Assembly: GCA_052034495.1 (NCBI GenBank)
Contig: JBPOIL010000010.1
Location: 14,457-78,456, forward strand
Length of the DNA stretch: 64,000 bases
Reading direction: 5' to 3'
Origin: Patescibacteria group bacterium
Lineage (GTDB): Bacteria > Patescibacteriota > Saccharimonadia > CAILAD01 > JADZBC01
In this document: positions 48,019 through 58,111 of the stretch, piece by piece
Layout of the letters: the number at the start of each line of letters is the position of its first letter
Position numbering within the stretch: position 1 is the first letter of the stretch
The notes under the pieces: generated by a model
Told to the model about the DNA's origin: nothing
What the model saw: only the letters and a program-made list of their open reading frames with translations
Database searches by the model: none
Position numbers and translations under genes: made by a program

Positions 48019-48537
48019 ATGAAAATACAAATTATCACCGGATCTGTTCGTAAAGAAGCGCTAGGCGCAAGCGTAGCCAGCTGGGTTGTAGAGGTTATAA
48101 ACAAAATCGACAATCTTGATGTCGAGCTGCTGGACCTGCGAACATACGACCTCCCCTTATCTCTCGAGCAGAATGCCGACACGGTAAAGTGGAACGAAAA
48201 GCTGTCTGAGGCCGATGCCTATGTGCTCATCACGCCGGAGTACAATCACGGCTACCCTGCTGCGCTTAAAAACGCCTTGGACCACAGCCACGCATGGGAA
48301 GGCAGGCCCGTGCTATTAATCGGCTACTCTGTAGGCCCAGCTGCCGGAATCCGTGCCGTAGAGCAATTACGACCAGTAGTCAGCGAGCTTGGCATGGTGC
48401 AGCTAAAGTACGCCCTGCAACTCCCGTCTGCGCAAGACACACTCGCTAAAGATTCCGAGATAAAACAGCAGCTCGGCGAATCTCTTGTCCGCTCAGTCGA
48501 GGACTTGAAAGACTTGGCGTCTAGACTAAGCCGCTAA
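48019..48537 (+). CDS. NAD(P)H-dependent FMN reductase (flavodoxin-like fold)
   Basis: MKIQIITGSVRKEALGASVASWV... and LITPEYNHGYP motif. Confidence 0.8.
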   Translation: MKIQIITGSVRKEALGASVASWVVEVINKIDNLDVELLDLRTYDLPLSLEQNADTVKWNEKLSEADAYVLITPEYNHGYPAALKNALDHSHAWEGRPVLLIGYSVGPAAGIRAVEQLRPVVSELGMVQLKYALQLPSAQDTLAKDSEIKQQLGESLVRSVEDLKDLASRLSR

Positions 48538-48575
48538 CGCTTAGTTCGCTCGGCTTTGTAGAGTATAATTACGTT

Positions 48576-50078
48576 ATGAGCAAACTTCTCCGCGAACATG
48601 ACGACATGATCAACGCAGCCTTAAAGAAGGCTTCGGATCTAGGGGTTTACCTAGTGTTGAGAGTTAACAAGAATGAACGCATCTCCCTTGACTGGAAAGA
48701 TGGTGGCGTTGAGTCCGTTTCTATTGGGGATAAAACAGGGGTCGGGCTATACACGTTTACGGAGTCTGGTCATGTCGGCTTCGGCTCTAGCAACCTAATA
48801 AGCGAGGCCAATATCGTCGCTCTGGTAGAGAGTACTGCCGCCATCGCCAAAGCAAATGAACTCACAGGTACTGACAGCGCCAAAGAAATATACGGCCTAG
48901 CCAAACAAGAGAACCTTGGTGAAGACGGCCTCCACTATAATACTGTCGAGGTAGCTTCAATCGACCAGAGTGACCTGCAAAAATACTGCAAGAAGATCGA
49001 AGATATCATCTTGGCGAACGGCAAGGACGTACGCCCGATCATTAGCACGAGCTACGAGCAAGTCCAGTGGCGAATTCTACGTAGTGACGGGACTGACGTC
49101 GACTTTGCCCTGCCCTACGCCCGTGCCAGAATCAGTATGACGCTGCGCAAAGACGATGTCTCGACTCGAGGATTCGTAGCCCTATTCAAACCAAGCCTGC
49201 AAGCACTCTTGGACGACCTAGGAACACCGAGTGAACTCATAGCCCGCGAAGTTGCAATGATGCGCGACCAACTGAAAGTCGGCCCAGTCCAAGATCCTGG
49301 TACGAACAAGCCCGTCTTGATAGCTGGCGATCTAGCCGGAACGTTGGTACATGAAGCTCTGGGGCATCCGGCCGAATCAGATGCTGTTGCTGAAAACGCA
49401 AGTGTGCTTGGCGATGAAAACAGCCAGTTTACAAAAGGGGCTCTAGTCGCCGCCATAGGGGTTACTGTCGTTGATCACGAAGAAGGACTAAACCACGGCT
49501 TTCATCCGTACGGCACGTTCGGGAACAAGCGCGAACCAGTAACAATTATTGACGATGGCATACTTAAAGAATCACTAAGTGACATATTTACAGCGGCAAA
49601 GTCCGGTGTGGCAAACAAGAACACCGAACGGAGCGAAGACTATAGCATGGTCGCAATCCCGCGCATGTCCACCACCTACATTAAGCTCTCTCCCGAGCTG
49701 CTTATAGAAACTGACCTAGCGAGTACTGAGCCACAAGCGGTCCAGGCTGCCCTAAAGAAACACGGCATATTTAAGAAATACCCGACCATCCACTACCTTA
49801 TTGGTTTTAGGGGTGGTTCAGTCTCGCCAAAAACTGGAACATTTATGTTCGGGTCAGGCTACACTTACGAGCTTAGTGAAAAAGGAGCAAAGGCAGTTAA
49901 GCCAGCTTCATTCAGTGGTGATGTCCTTGGCGCACTTAAGTCAATTGAGTTTGGTGCCGGCAAACTCACGACGGACGACATTGGCTACTGCGGTAAATCT
50001 AGTCAGCGCGCCTATGTGAGTGATGGCGGTCATGAGCTCATATTCTTTGCGCCAACCAAGCACGTGGGGATAGCATAA
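48576..50078 (+). CDS. tldD: TldD-family metallopeptidase (U62)
   Basis: HExxxGH zinc motif VHEALGHPAESD. Length 500 aa. Paired with the downstream TldE/PmbA-like gene. Confidence 0.85.
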   Translation: MSKLLREHDDMINAALKKASDLGVYLVLRVNKNERISLDWKDGGVESVSIGDKTGVGLYTFTESGHVGFGSSNLISEANIVALVESTAAIAKANELTGTDSAKEIYGLAKQENLGEDGLHYNTVEVASIDQSDLQKYCKKIEDIILANGKDVRPIISTSYEQVQWRILRSDGTDVDFALPYARARISMTLRKDDVSTRGFVALFKPSLQALLDDLGTPSELIAREVAMMRDQLKVGPVQDPGTNKPVLIAGDLAGTLVHEALGHPAESDAVAENASVLGDENSQFTKGALVAAIGVTVVDHEEGLNHGFHPYGTFGNKREPVTIIDDGILKESLSDIFTAAKSGVANKNTERSEDYSMVAIPRMSTTYIKLSPELLIETDLASTEPQAVQAALKKHGIFKKYPTIHYLIGFRGGSVSPKTGTFMFGSGYTYELSEKGAKAVKPASFSGDVLGALKSIEFGAGKLTTDDIGYCGKSSQRAYVSDGGHELIFFAPTKHVGIA

Positions 50079-51364
50079 TGGAAAAGATGATTGAAGAGCT
50101 GGCATCTAAGCTCAAGGCGGATCCGTCAATCTCAAAGTACCAACTGAGTCACAGTGTAAACCGTACAGTCAGTGGCGGCTTCCTTAATAATGCTGTTGGC
50201 GGCATATATAGGCCTGTCCAGGTATGTGATAAGTCGGCCATGTCATACCGGGTTGAGTTTGCAGATGGCCAGGCAAGTAACGGCGGCATGCCGGCAAGCA
50301 CAGAGATCAAGCAAATAATCAAAGTGATCAACCAGGGCAAGCACAAACCGACTGAACAAATCGAGATCGCGCCTAAACTAGATACTATTCCGAACATCAA
50401 GCTCATGGATACCGAGCTAGCTGCCAAGATTCAAGGCGAGCCTGATTTTATTAGCCAATCTGTCAAGGAACTCCAGAATAACCATAATTTCGAAGAGATA
50501 GAAAATACTGAGGGAGAAATAGAAGCGACGCATGGCATGACGAGGATCGTGAACTCGAACGGTCTAGACATTACATCTGAGGGCACCAAGTATTCGTCCT
50601 ATGTCTCACTTAATGACCGTATTGGTTACGCTGAGTCGACACGAAGGCTGCAAGACCCTCGAGCTATGCAGAACTATAGCAACCACTATACCGAGATTGC
50701 TCTTGCCCTAGAATCAAAGCCGGCCGAGCTAGCTTCTAACACATACCCGGTACTCTTTTCTTCAAGCACTGGCTGGAGCATACTGGGTGCGTATTTGCGC
50801 TCAAATCTGAGTGGATTTAACCTTGATGCCGGACAAAGCCGCTTCACACTTGATGAGCTTAAGTCTCACAAGCAAATTGCTCACGATGGTTTTAATTTAT
50901 CTTACAACCAGCTCGTGGACATGGACCCGTACAGCTTTAAATTCGACGGCGAAGGCATTCCTGCCCAGAAGTTTGAGCTTATAAAAGGCGGTAAACTTGT
51001 TGATCCTATTTGCGACCTTAAGTCGGCCCATAAGCTGGGTCATGTGCCGCGCTCGCTCGGCGGGCTAAAAACCAATCTTGTGCAGGCGACTGAATATGAT
51101 GAGTTCAAGAAGGAAAAGCCTACTTTCCTGCTGGTCTTTGGACTTCTCGGCCTTCACTCAGTAAACAACGTAACTGGTGACTTCTCCCTCCCATCAGACA
51201 ACATACTTCTCGTGCAGGACGGGAAGATTATTGGTCCAGTCAATGGAGTTTTTAGCGGCAACTTCTTCGACATTCTCATGCAGCCTTCAACTGGCTTCGT
51301 AAACGCTCCACATCTGTTCGACTCACCAGCCCTTACCTTCGAAACTCAAGTAACGGTAAAGTAA
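50078..51364 (+). CDS. TldE/PmbA-family protein (U62 partner, no HExxH)
   Basis: U62-like fold, similar in length to TldD, immediately downstream with a stop/start overlap. Confidence 0.75.
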   Translation: MEKMIEELASKLKADPSISKYQLSHSVNRTVSGGFLNNAVGGIYRPVQVCDKSAMSYRVEFADGQASNGGMPASTEIKQIIKVINQGKHKPTEQIEIAPKLDTIPNIKLMDTELAAKIQGEPDFISQSVKELQNNHNFEEIENTEGEIEATHGMTRIVNSNGLDITSEGTKYSSYVSLNDRIGYAESTRRLQDPRAMQNYSNHYTEIALALESKPAELASNTYPVLFSSSTGWSILGAYLRSNLSGFNLDAGQSRFTLDELKSHKQIAHDGFNLSYNQLVDMDPYSFKFDGEGIPAQKFELIKGGKLVDPICDLKSAHKLGHVPRSLGGLKTNLVQATEYDEFKKEKPTFLLVFGLLGLHSVNNVTGDFSLPSDNILLVQDGKIIGPVNGVFSGNFFDILMQPSTGFVNAPHLFDSPALTFETQVTVK

Positions 51365-51550
51365 CCCGAATAGGAGAAGGCCCAGAGTCGAAACCCTGGG
51401 CCTTATTCACCCTCCTTCGATGCAGGTCTATGACCCGCTCAGATAGCCGTCGCTCGGCTAGCACACTATTCCCTTGTGCTAGGGTCGCTGCCATTATGTT
51501 GCCTGGCTGCAGCGAGGTGATTCTTCCGAATCTACCACGGGCCAAAGCCC

Positions 51551-51868
51551 TCAGAAGCGGCTGCTGCACTCCTTGGGGAGCATCAACACGTCGCCCTTGC
51601 TGAACTGCTCCTTGCCGTAGACCTCACTGCGCTGGATGATCAGCCGGCGCCACGCCTGGAGCGACTCGCGCCCCGGCTTGGTCGTCTTGGCGAACTCGTC
51701 CATCGTCAGCGGCGTCTGCAGCGTCACTGCCGCTTCGCAGCCGTAGCGGTCGTTCAGCGACTGGCCGTTGAGTGAGTGGCTCACGCCACCGCAGCCGGCC
51801 AGCACGAAGACGAGGAGGATTGCCGCAGTAACCGCGCGGCGCCGATGAGTGGTGATGTGTGTGTTCAT
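51551..51868 (-). CDS. LysM-like small lipoprotein, paralog 1 (high GC)
   Basis: Signal peptide with lipobox LAGC. C-terminal ...WRRLIIQRSEVYGKEQFSKGDVLMLPKEC resembles the end of a LysM motif. Paralogous to 57370..57678. Confidence 0.5.
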   Translation of the reverse strand: MNTHITTHRRRAVTAAILLVFVLAGCGGVSHSLNGQSLNDRYGCEAAVTLQTPLTMDEFAKTTKPGRESLQAWRRLIIQRSEVYGKEQFSKGDVLMLPKECSSRF

Positions 51869-53462
51869 CTCGCTACTGGCATTACCAGCAATGAGATGAA
51901 CACAACGCTCAACCGAATTTCAACTCCTGTTTCGCCATAACTTGGCTCATCGGTGCAGATCACTATCTGCAGACAGGGTCCCTCCAAGGAGCACGTCCTG
52001 CTCCCTGTAGGGATTTACGCATTGCCCGATCGGGCTTGAAGGCCACTTCGCGCTGGCCTGCTCTCTTTTTGTGGTCATGAGCTAGACCGTTGCGGTGCCT
52101 AGAAGGCTTCTTTTTCTCGCCAACTATACTTCTGTTGTCAGGCCGTCGCTACGGCCCCGAAGCTCCTACCGGCGGCGGCGTGGGTTCGGCGGACCGAACG
52201 CCTCGTCGTAGCTGATGGGGTCCCCCTTGAGGTCTTCCGGATCCTCATCCGTCTCCCAGCGCCCAAACAGGACATTGCGAGGATCGAACGATGCACCTTC
52301 ATGCTCTTCTGAACTACGTGGCATAACCGCCCCTTGCTACGGAGTTGCGATTCAACTCCCCGACGGGAGGCACCCGCCTCTTACCTCCGGCTGGGGAGTT
52401 GAATTGTTAAAGTCTGTAAAAGTTCTCTGATAGTTTCGTCATTTCTGACTCATCAGCTCGGACATACATCCGAGGACTATCTACTCACGAACCCTTAACG
52501 GGCTCGCGAGCGACCCTGGGGAGCCTCTGCACGACAGCGCAAAGTCTACAACCCAGGTAAGGTTTGCCTAGCTTCACTCGACCGAGTGACCTAGAGCGGC
52601 TTACCTTCTGCCGCGGCGTGATTGCGTTCGCCTTAGAGGGCATACCGGTTTTCAGGCCGTGTATGTCCGGGGTAGCGAAACGCACTTTTAGCTAGTGGAG
52701 TTAACCCCGGATCACTTGTTGGTCTCCCACCACTCTCGTGGTCGCGCGTCCCGCTTGGGACTACACGTCGGGGTTTGTACCCGCAGGCTGATCCAATCTC
52801 CTCTCCTGTGCATACCCCTTTCTCCGCGCCGCGGAGGGTTTGGACGGGCCGCCCTCATCGCTCGATCGCGACATGCACTTTACTAGCATCGAACTGTGGC
52901 TGTGATTGGCGGGGATGCTTCCGCGCAATCACTTTGCTAAGGTCTATCCAGGTAAGCTGCGGGTAGCAACCTTACTGGACTCCTTGGCTTCTAGGTACTA
53001 CGTAGCTCTGGGAGGATCTGGTACCTCAACCGGAGCCGGGGTTGTCATGGCCGTGCTTTCGCTCGGCGCCCCTATTCCCTAAGGGCACGTGCCATACGCG
53101 CCCACTTTCGTCCACAATCCTCGCTCGCATAGGCTGGCAAGGAAACTCCCGAAGGAGCGCTGTCCGTGAACATTTGTTGGCCTCAACAGCCAGGGTGCTG
53201 GCGTCCTGTCATGCTTGGTGTAAATATTTACAGAACCCAGCGCCTTGACTGTCGATAACCTTTGACGTTTATTTTTTGAAGTTCTACGCGCTCTTCAGCT
53301 GCACTGTCGAGAATATTACACGGTTGTTTATTTTTTGTCAATACTTTTTGTCACTATATTGCAAACATTATGCAATATTATCTTGATCTAACCTGTAAAA
53401 TACTGTTGAACTTTCCAAACACTTAAGCATAAGCCTGTTGGGTACTTGTAGGTTTTTGTAAC

Positions 53463-53485
53463 AAAAAACGCCCTTAAGGGCGCTT
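53463..53485 (-). terminator. Intrinsic terminator on the minus strand
   Basis: The minus strand reads aagcgccctt-aagggcgttttttg. Confidence 0.55.
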
Positions 53486-53887
53486 AGAGTGAGAATGATA
53501 TCTGTGATGCCAGGGTGGCCGACCGATCCCTCGCGGGAAAGGCCGGCCACCCACGTGGCGCAGAGCTGTGTCGTTCGGCGCTGGACGCACCGGCGAGAAA
53601 GCTCTGTGAGCACGGAGGCTCGTAGTTCCGAGCAGTGGTTGCTCGATTGCGGCCTGGGCGCTGGGCCCTGGCTACATCCGGTGATGAGGACGATCACTCG
53701 CCCTCCTCCTGGTTGTTGTTGGCGGCTAGATGCCGCCACCGATGCGAGCGGTCATGGTAGACCTCCCTGTGTATGACGGGCTTGCGCCATCTCGAGACGA
53801 TCCCGAGATACGGCAGCTATGCACGCATCATGTGCACTGCCGTCAGTCAGTGTTGATAATAGCAGATTTAGCCATAATTGTCAAGCT

Positions 53888-54649
53888 TTATTGACGTTTT
53901 TGGTTATTCCAGGCGAGCTCGAACAGCTGTCTTAATGCGGCTGCGATCTCTTTGCTTTCAATAATTACGCTAATGGAGTCATGTTCCCCGTAGGTGCCGA
54001 TAGCAACGCCTTCTTCGTAGAGAGCAATGTCGGCCGAAATCGGTGTATCCAGCTTAGACGTCTCCCTCATCAAGCTCTTATCCGTGTTCAGGTCCCCGAT
54101 AGTTGAGTAGTAGAACATCTTACTTGATATCTTTTTCTTTAGGCGCTTTGTCGGGTTGGCCTTCAACGCATCCGGAAAGAGTTTAACGACTTCGTTATAG
54201 TCAGAGAGGGCGTACACGGAAGACCCAGTTCTAGCCTTCCTGCGGAGGTAGCCATCAATGGCGACTGCACCTTCCTTACCGCGGAAAAACCTTACCTCTG
54301 GAGCGTCAGAAGAGCCGCCGTGCTCCTGCTGCTTTAGACTTGGCATTAAGCTCTTCAATTCACTCTTTTTTGCCTCAATACTTGTCTTCTGGCCTTCCAG
54401 ATATCGTTCTAGAGCCTCGGGGGGTTCGGCAACGAAAACAGTTTTTTTACCCTCTGTAGACTGGCTAACCATGCCCATCCCGGCAAGCTCATCGAGAATT
54501 ACATAGGTGGTAGCACGGTTTACTTCGGCTTGCTGAGCTATCTTTTGCGCGCTTGCTGAACCTAGAAAAAGCGCAGCCACGTACACACGGGCTTGCTTGT
54601 CGGTCAATCCAACAGATTGTAGTTTGGTTGCGAGTTCGATTATTTGCAT
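53888..54649 (-). CDS. TrmB-family transcriptional regulator, paralog 1
   Basis: N-terminal TrmB HTH LGLTDKQARVYVAALFLGSASAQKIAQQAEVNRATTYVILDEL, plus a C-terminal effector-like domain. Confidence 0.75.
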   Translation of the reverse strand: MQIIELATKLQSVGLTDKQARVYVAALFLGSASAQKIAQQAEVNRATTYVILDELAGMGMVSQSTEGKKTVFVAEPPEALERYLEGQKTSIEAKKSELKSLMPSLKQQEHGGSSDAPEVRFFRGKEGAVAIDGYLRRKARTGSSVYALSDYNEVVKLFPDALKANPTKRLKKKISSKMFYYSTIGDLNTDKSLMRETSKLDTPISADIALYEEGVAIGTYGEHDSISVIIESKEIAAALRQLFELAWNNQKRQ

Positions 54650-55064
54650 GCCCTACAATATACTATATTTGTCAAAATTTGTCAACATAATATAATTCTA
54701 ACCTGTACAGAGTGTCATAATGATGTTAGAATAGGCTGTCTCTGATGAAAGGAGATCACCGTGGGGAGCCTCCCCGCCGTAACCAAACCCGCCGGCCAAC
54801 GAGTGGCCTGCATCAACTTCAGAACGCAGATGGCAGCAACGCTGTCGAGCACTCCTTCTCGAGGAGATCCACCCAGCCCCTCAACGCTGGAGCACGTCAG
54901 CTCTTGTGGCTTCTGCCAGCTCGAACGATCAGGCCTTCTGAGGCTCAACTGATGCCCAGGGCGAACAAAGCCCAATATATGCCACCTACTACCCTTCCCT
55001 GGGTGGTAGGTGGCATAAGCATTTTGTGATACTATTCAGGGTGAATAGGAGGCATGTACCAATG

Positions 55065-56234
55065 CTAGAAAACAGCTCAAAAGGGGGTGAACCCCTCTCA
55101 TTTAATCCTCAAGCCAATGCCGAGATCATCAACGACGCACTAAAAGACCCTACCTACGACCCAGACGAACTCGAGGGGCTCACCAAGGAGGCTACCGCCG
55201 GCATAGGGGATTATCAAAGAAGCCAGGAGTTTGCAGACCTTACGGCAGAAGACGAAGTCACATCCATGGCGCATGAAACAATAACAAGCCTTACCGAGAT
55301 AGCATCGGACGCTGGCAAGACTCTCAATGAGATGCTTTGCGACCCTGCATTTACAGATAAAGTCCTAAGTGGTGAAACCGCCGGCATGGACCCCCGTGAC
55401 AGAGTTCGTCTGCTTGGAATAATCGCCCTGACTGCAAAGCCCGCCGGCCAGTTCTACACTGAACAAACAGTTATTAGCCGTAATGATGAAACACCAGCGG
55501 GAAAGTCTTGGCGCAAAGCAGTCAACTCGCTCCGCTCGTTCGCATACGACGAACCTACGGCAGCTAGATTTGAGGAAGCTAGTGGCGATAAGGTAGCGAT
55601 GCAGAAACTCGAAGACAGGGTGCGAGCTGCTGCCCAGGCAAGATACTGGTTAGCCAACCTAACAGAAGCTACACACACTACTCAACCGCCAGGAGACACC
55701 CAGAAGGGGCTGCAAGAAAGAGTCGAAGCCTCCACAGCAATTGACCTAGCTGACTTCATGCAGATACCCATAGGTGAGCTTGATTTCACGGTTCTCCCAG
55801 CTGGTAGTGGCGAAACACGGGCCAGCGGATCATCAGAGGATCGCGCCCATGCCGACACAATCCTCCGCGAAATAGACCCAGCAAGGATAGCTCTAATCAA
55901 AGAGTTAATCGGTATGTTCCCCGATAAGAACGGCCGCGTATACCTCTCGAGGAAACGCGATAAGAACGGGGAGCTCCACCGGAGCGTGCAGCTAGTGACT
56001 GTTTTTGATATCGACGACGCGCACCAAGTAGCAATGGCGGAGCGTCCAGCTGGCCATATTAGGAATAATGAAGCAGCAATCTATATCGTAAGTGAGCTCG
56101 TAACAGCAGGTACCTGGCAGGAAGTGCTGGCAGTGGAAAGAAAAGAGATTACAGGCTACGGTGCCGAGAAGGTCGTGCATGCGGGCGATTGGGAGAACAG
56201 AATAAGGAATAGACTCCGAGAGATATTGGTATAA
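55065..56234 (+). CDS. Hypothetical protein (~390 aa)
   Basis: A ribosome-binding site precedes MLENSSKGG. No recognizable domain. Preceded by a 16-bp-stem palindrome. Confidence 0.5.
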   Translation, partial: LENSSKGGEPLSFNPQANAEIINDALKDPTYDPDELEGLTKEATAGIGDYQRSQEFADLTAEDEVTSMAHETITSLTEIASDAGKTLNEMLCDPAFTDKVLSGETAGMDPRDRVRLLGIIALTAKPAGQFYTEQTVISRNDETPAGKSWRKAVNSLRSFAYDEPTAARFEEASGDKVAMQKLEDRVRAAAQARYWLANLTEATHTTQPPGDTQKGLQERVEASTAIDLADFMQIPIGELDFTVLPAGSGETRASGSSEDRAHADTILREIDPARIALIKELIGMFPDKNGRVYLSRKRDKNGELHRSVQLVTVFDIDDAHQVAMAERPAGHIRNNEAAIYIVSELVTAGTWQEVLAVERKEITGYGAEKVVHAGDWENRIRNRLREILV

Positions 56235-56285
56235 GAGTCTGAACATCAACTAAAACACCCGAGGCGAACCTCGGGTGTTTTAGTT

Positions 56286-56375
<90 letters not shown>

Positions 56376-56408
56376 AAACTAACTGGTATAGTTTAGCCGA
56401 AAGCCAGG

Positions 56409-57185
56409 CTATTTTCCAGCTTTACCGGCCCGCAAACCATCCCTGACAAGTCCAAATATCTGTGTCATAGCCTCGGCAATTTGTGGACTCTCTATAATGG
56501 TGCCAATCACTTCCTCGCCGTATGAGATTAGCGCGGTTTTATTGCCGTAAACATACATGTTCACCGGAGCAGTAAATGCCTCCCTGGGTGCCCAAGTCAT
56601 TTCCCTGAGCATTCGCTTGTCATTCTCCTGCCCATAGTGGATGTTGTCATCCTCGGCAGGCTCAATACCGTGGGCCTTAATCCCAAGCTTTGCACGCTGC
56701 TCCATGTGCTTATAGAGATCCTTACCAAGCACGTTAAAGTCTGCATCAGAGCGAATAAAGTAAATGTCCTGCGCCGTACGTCGCTGATCTTCGTACATCT
56801 TCATAATACCTTCTTTACCCTGAAAGAAGCGTACACCCGGCTGATGCTGGTAAGTATAGAAGTAATTAAGTAGCTGGGGCATACTGTCGCGCACCTGCTT
56901 TTCAGTACTCATTACATCTTTACGCTTCTGCTCTATCAAACGTTCAAGTGCTGTCGGGTTGGCGGGCCTATATAGCAGCTTCTTACCGCTCTCGTCCTTC
57001 TCAATAAGCCCCATGTCTACCAGGCGGTCGAGGACCATATATGAATTGGTGCGTGTTTCGCCAACCTTCTCGGCTAGCTGTGGTGCTGGTAGCGAGCCGA
57101 ATTTGATCAATGCTATGTAGGCTTTGGCTTGGCTTTTGGTCAAGCCTATTTGAGTGAGCAGCTCTATATTCATAGAGTTTATCAT
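56409..57185 (-). CDS. TrmB-family transcriptional regulator, paralog 2
   Basis: LGLTKSQAKAYIALIKFGSLPAPQLAEKVGETRTNSYMVLDRL HTH. Architecture matches the 53888..54649 paralog. Confidence 0.75.
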   Translation of the reverse strand: MINSMNIELLTQIGLTKSQAKAYIALIKFGSLPAPQLAEKVGETRTNSYMVLDRLVDMGLIEKDESGKKLLYRPANPTALERLIEQKRKDVMSTEKQVRDSMPQLLNYFYTYQHQPGVRFFQGKEGIMKMYEDQRRTAQDIYFIRSDADFNVLGKDLYKHMEQRAKLGIKAHGIEPAEDDNIHYGQENDKRMLREMTWAPREAFTAPVNMYVYGNKTALISYGEEVIGTIIESPQIAEAMTQIFGLVRDGLRAGKAGK

Positions 57186-57369
57186 AGCAAAGATTGGCTA
57201 TTTTGTCAATCCTATTTTGACTATATAGTTACCTTTTCTTATCTGTTGGTCAATATAACGTATATTATATATTGACTATTTAGGCCATTTATTGTATACT
57301 TCTCCAGGCTCAAGCAACACGGCTAGAGCCCGGGGAACACCACCCCGCCCGCTCCCTAAGGAGAGCACC

Positions 57370-57678
57370 TTGAAGACCACGACCACCCACCCCCGTAAGC
57401 GCTGGCTCGCCACCGCAGCCCTGACCCTGGCCGCCCTACTCGGCGCCCTAGGACTCAGCAGCTGCGCAGAGAGCACGCGAGACGCCTACGCCTGCAACAC
57501 CGAGGTGACGATCGACTACACCAAGCCGGTCAAGCTCAGCGACTTCGCGCAGGACACGGACCCGCGGGGCAACTGGCGAGAGTGGAAGCAGCTCCTCATC
57601 GAGCGCAACCACCTCTACGCGGACACCCTGAAGCCCGGGCAGAAGGTCAAGCTGCCTCAGGCCTGCAAGAAGGTCTGA
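57370..57678 (+). CDS. LysM-like small lipoprotein, paralog 2 (high GC)
   Basis: TTG start after AAGGAGAG. Lipobox LSSC. C-terminal WREWKQLLIERNHLYADTLKPGQKVKLPQAC is homologous to paralog 1. Confidence 0.5.
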   Translation: MKTTTTHPRKRWLATAALTLAALLGALGLSSCAESTRDAYACNTEVTIDYTKPVKLSDFAQDTDPRGNWREWKQLLIERNHLYADTLKPGQKVKLPQACKKV

Positions 57679-57807
57679 GGGGAGGAGCACAAAGGTAAAC
57701 GGGGCGGTACCTACAAACCCGCCCCCTGACTCGGAGAGTAACGCGCTCTCCCTGACGATGACCGCGCACGGTCGAAAGTCAGCACCGCACCCCACAAGGA
57801 GCAAACA

Positions 57808-58050
57808 ATGCCAGACTATGAAGCAGAAGCCAGGGCTGCTGAGCTCGAAGGAAGAGCTGAAGCAGCCCGCATCAGAGCGCGCGGCTATGAACAGCAAGCT
57901 GCCTACGCGCGCGGAGACCATCTGCGTGAAGCCACTCGCAGGCGCGAGGAGCAAGCACACATCCAGCGCGAGGTAGCTGCCGGACGTATGTGCCCTGGCG
58001 GCTGCGACACCTACTCCGGCGGATGCCGCATCCACGCCGACTCCTGCTAG
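57808..58050 (+). CDS. Small Cys-rich hypothetical protein (80 aa, high GC)
   Basis: A ribosome-binding site AAGGAGCAAAC precedes the ATG. Helical Arg/Glu-rich N-terminus. C-terminal CPGGCDTYSGGCRIHADSC. Confidence 0.4.
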   Translation: MPDYEAEARAAELEGRAEAARIRARGYEQQAAYARGDHLREATRRREEQAHIQREVAAGRMCPGGCDTYSGGCRIHADSC

Positions 58051-58111
58051 GCAGTAGCGCTCAAGGTTCCAGGGAGGTCCTTATAAAATCTCCCTCTTAC
58101 TTATTTTGGAG

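Noticed and set aside
53368-53739. 123-aa minus-strand ORF
   Set aside because: The reading frame runs straight through the intrinsic terminator hairpin at 53463-53485 and has Gly/Pro/Arg-rich low-complexity composition. It is probably not a real CDS, although a shorter GTG-initiated peptide is not excluded.
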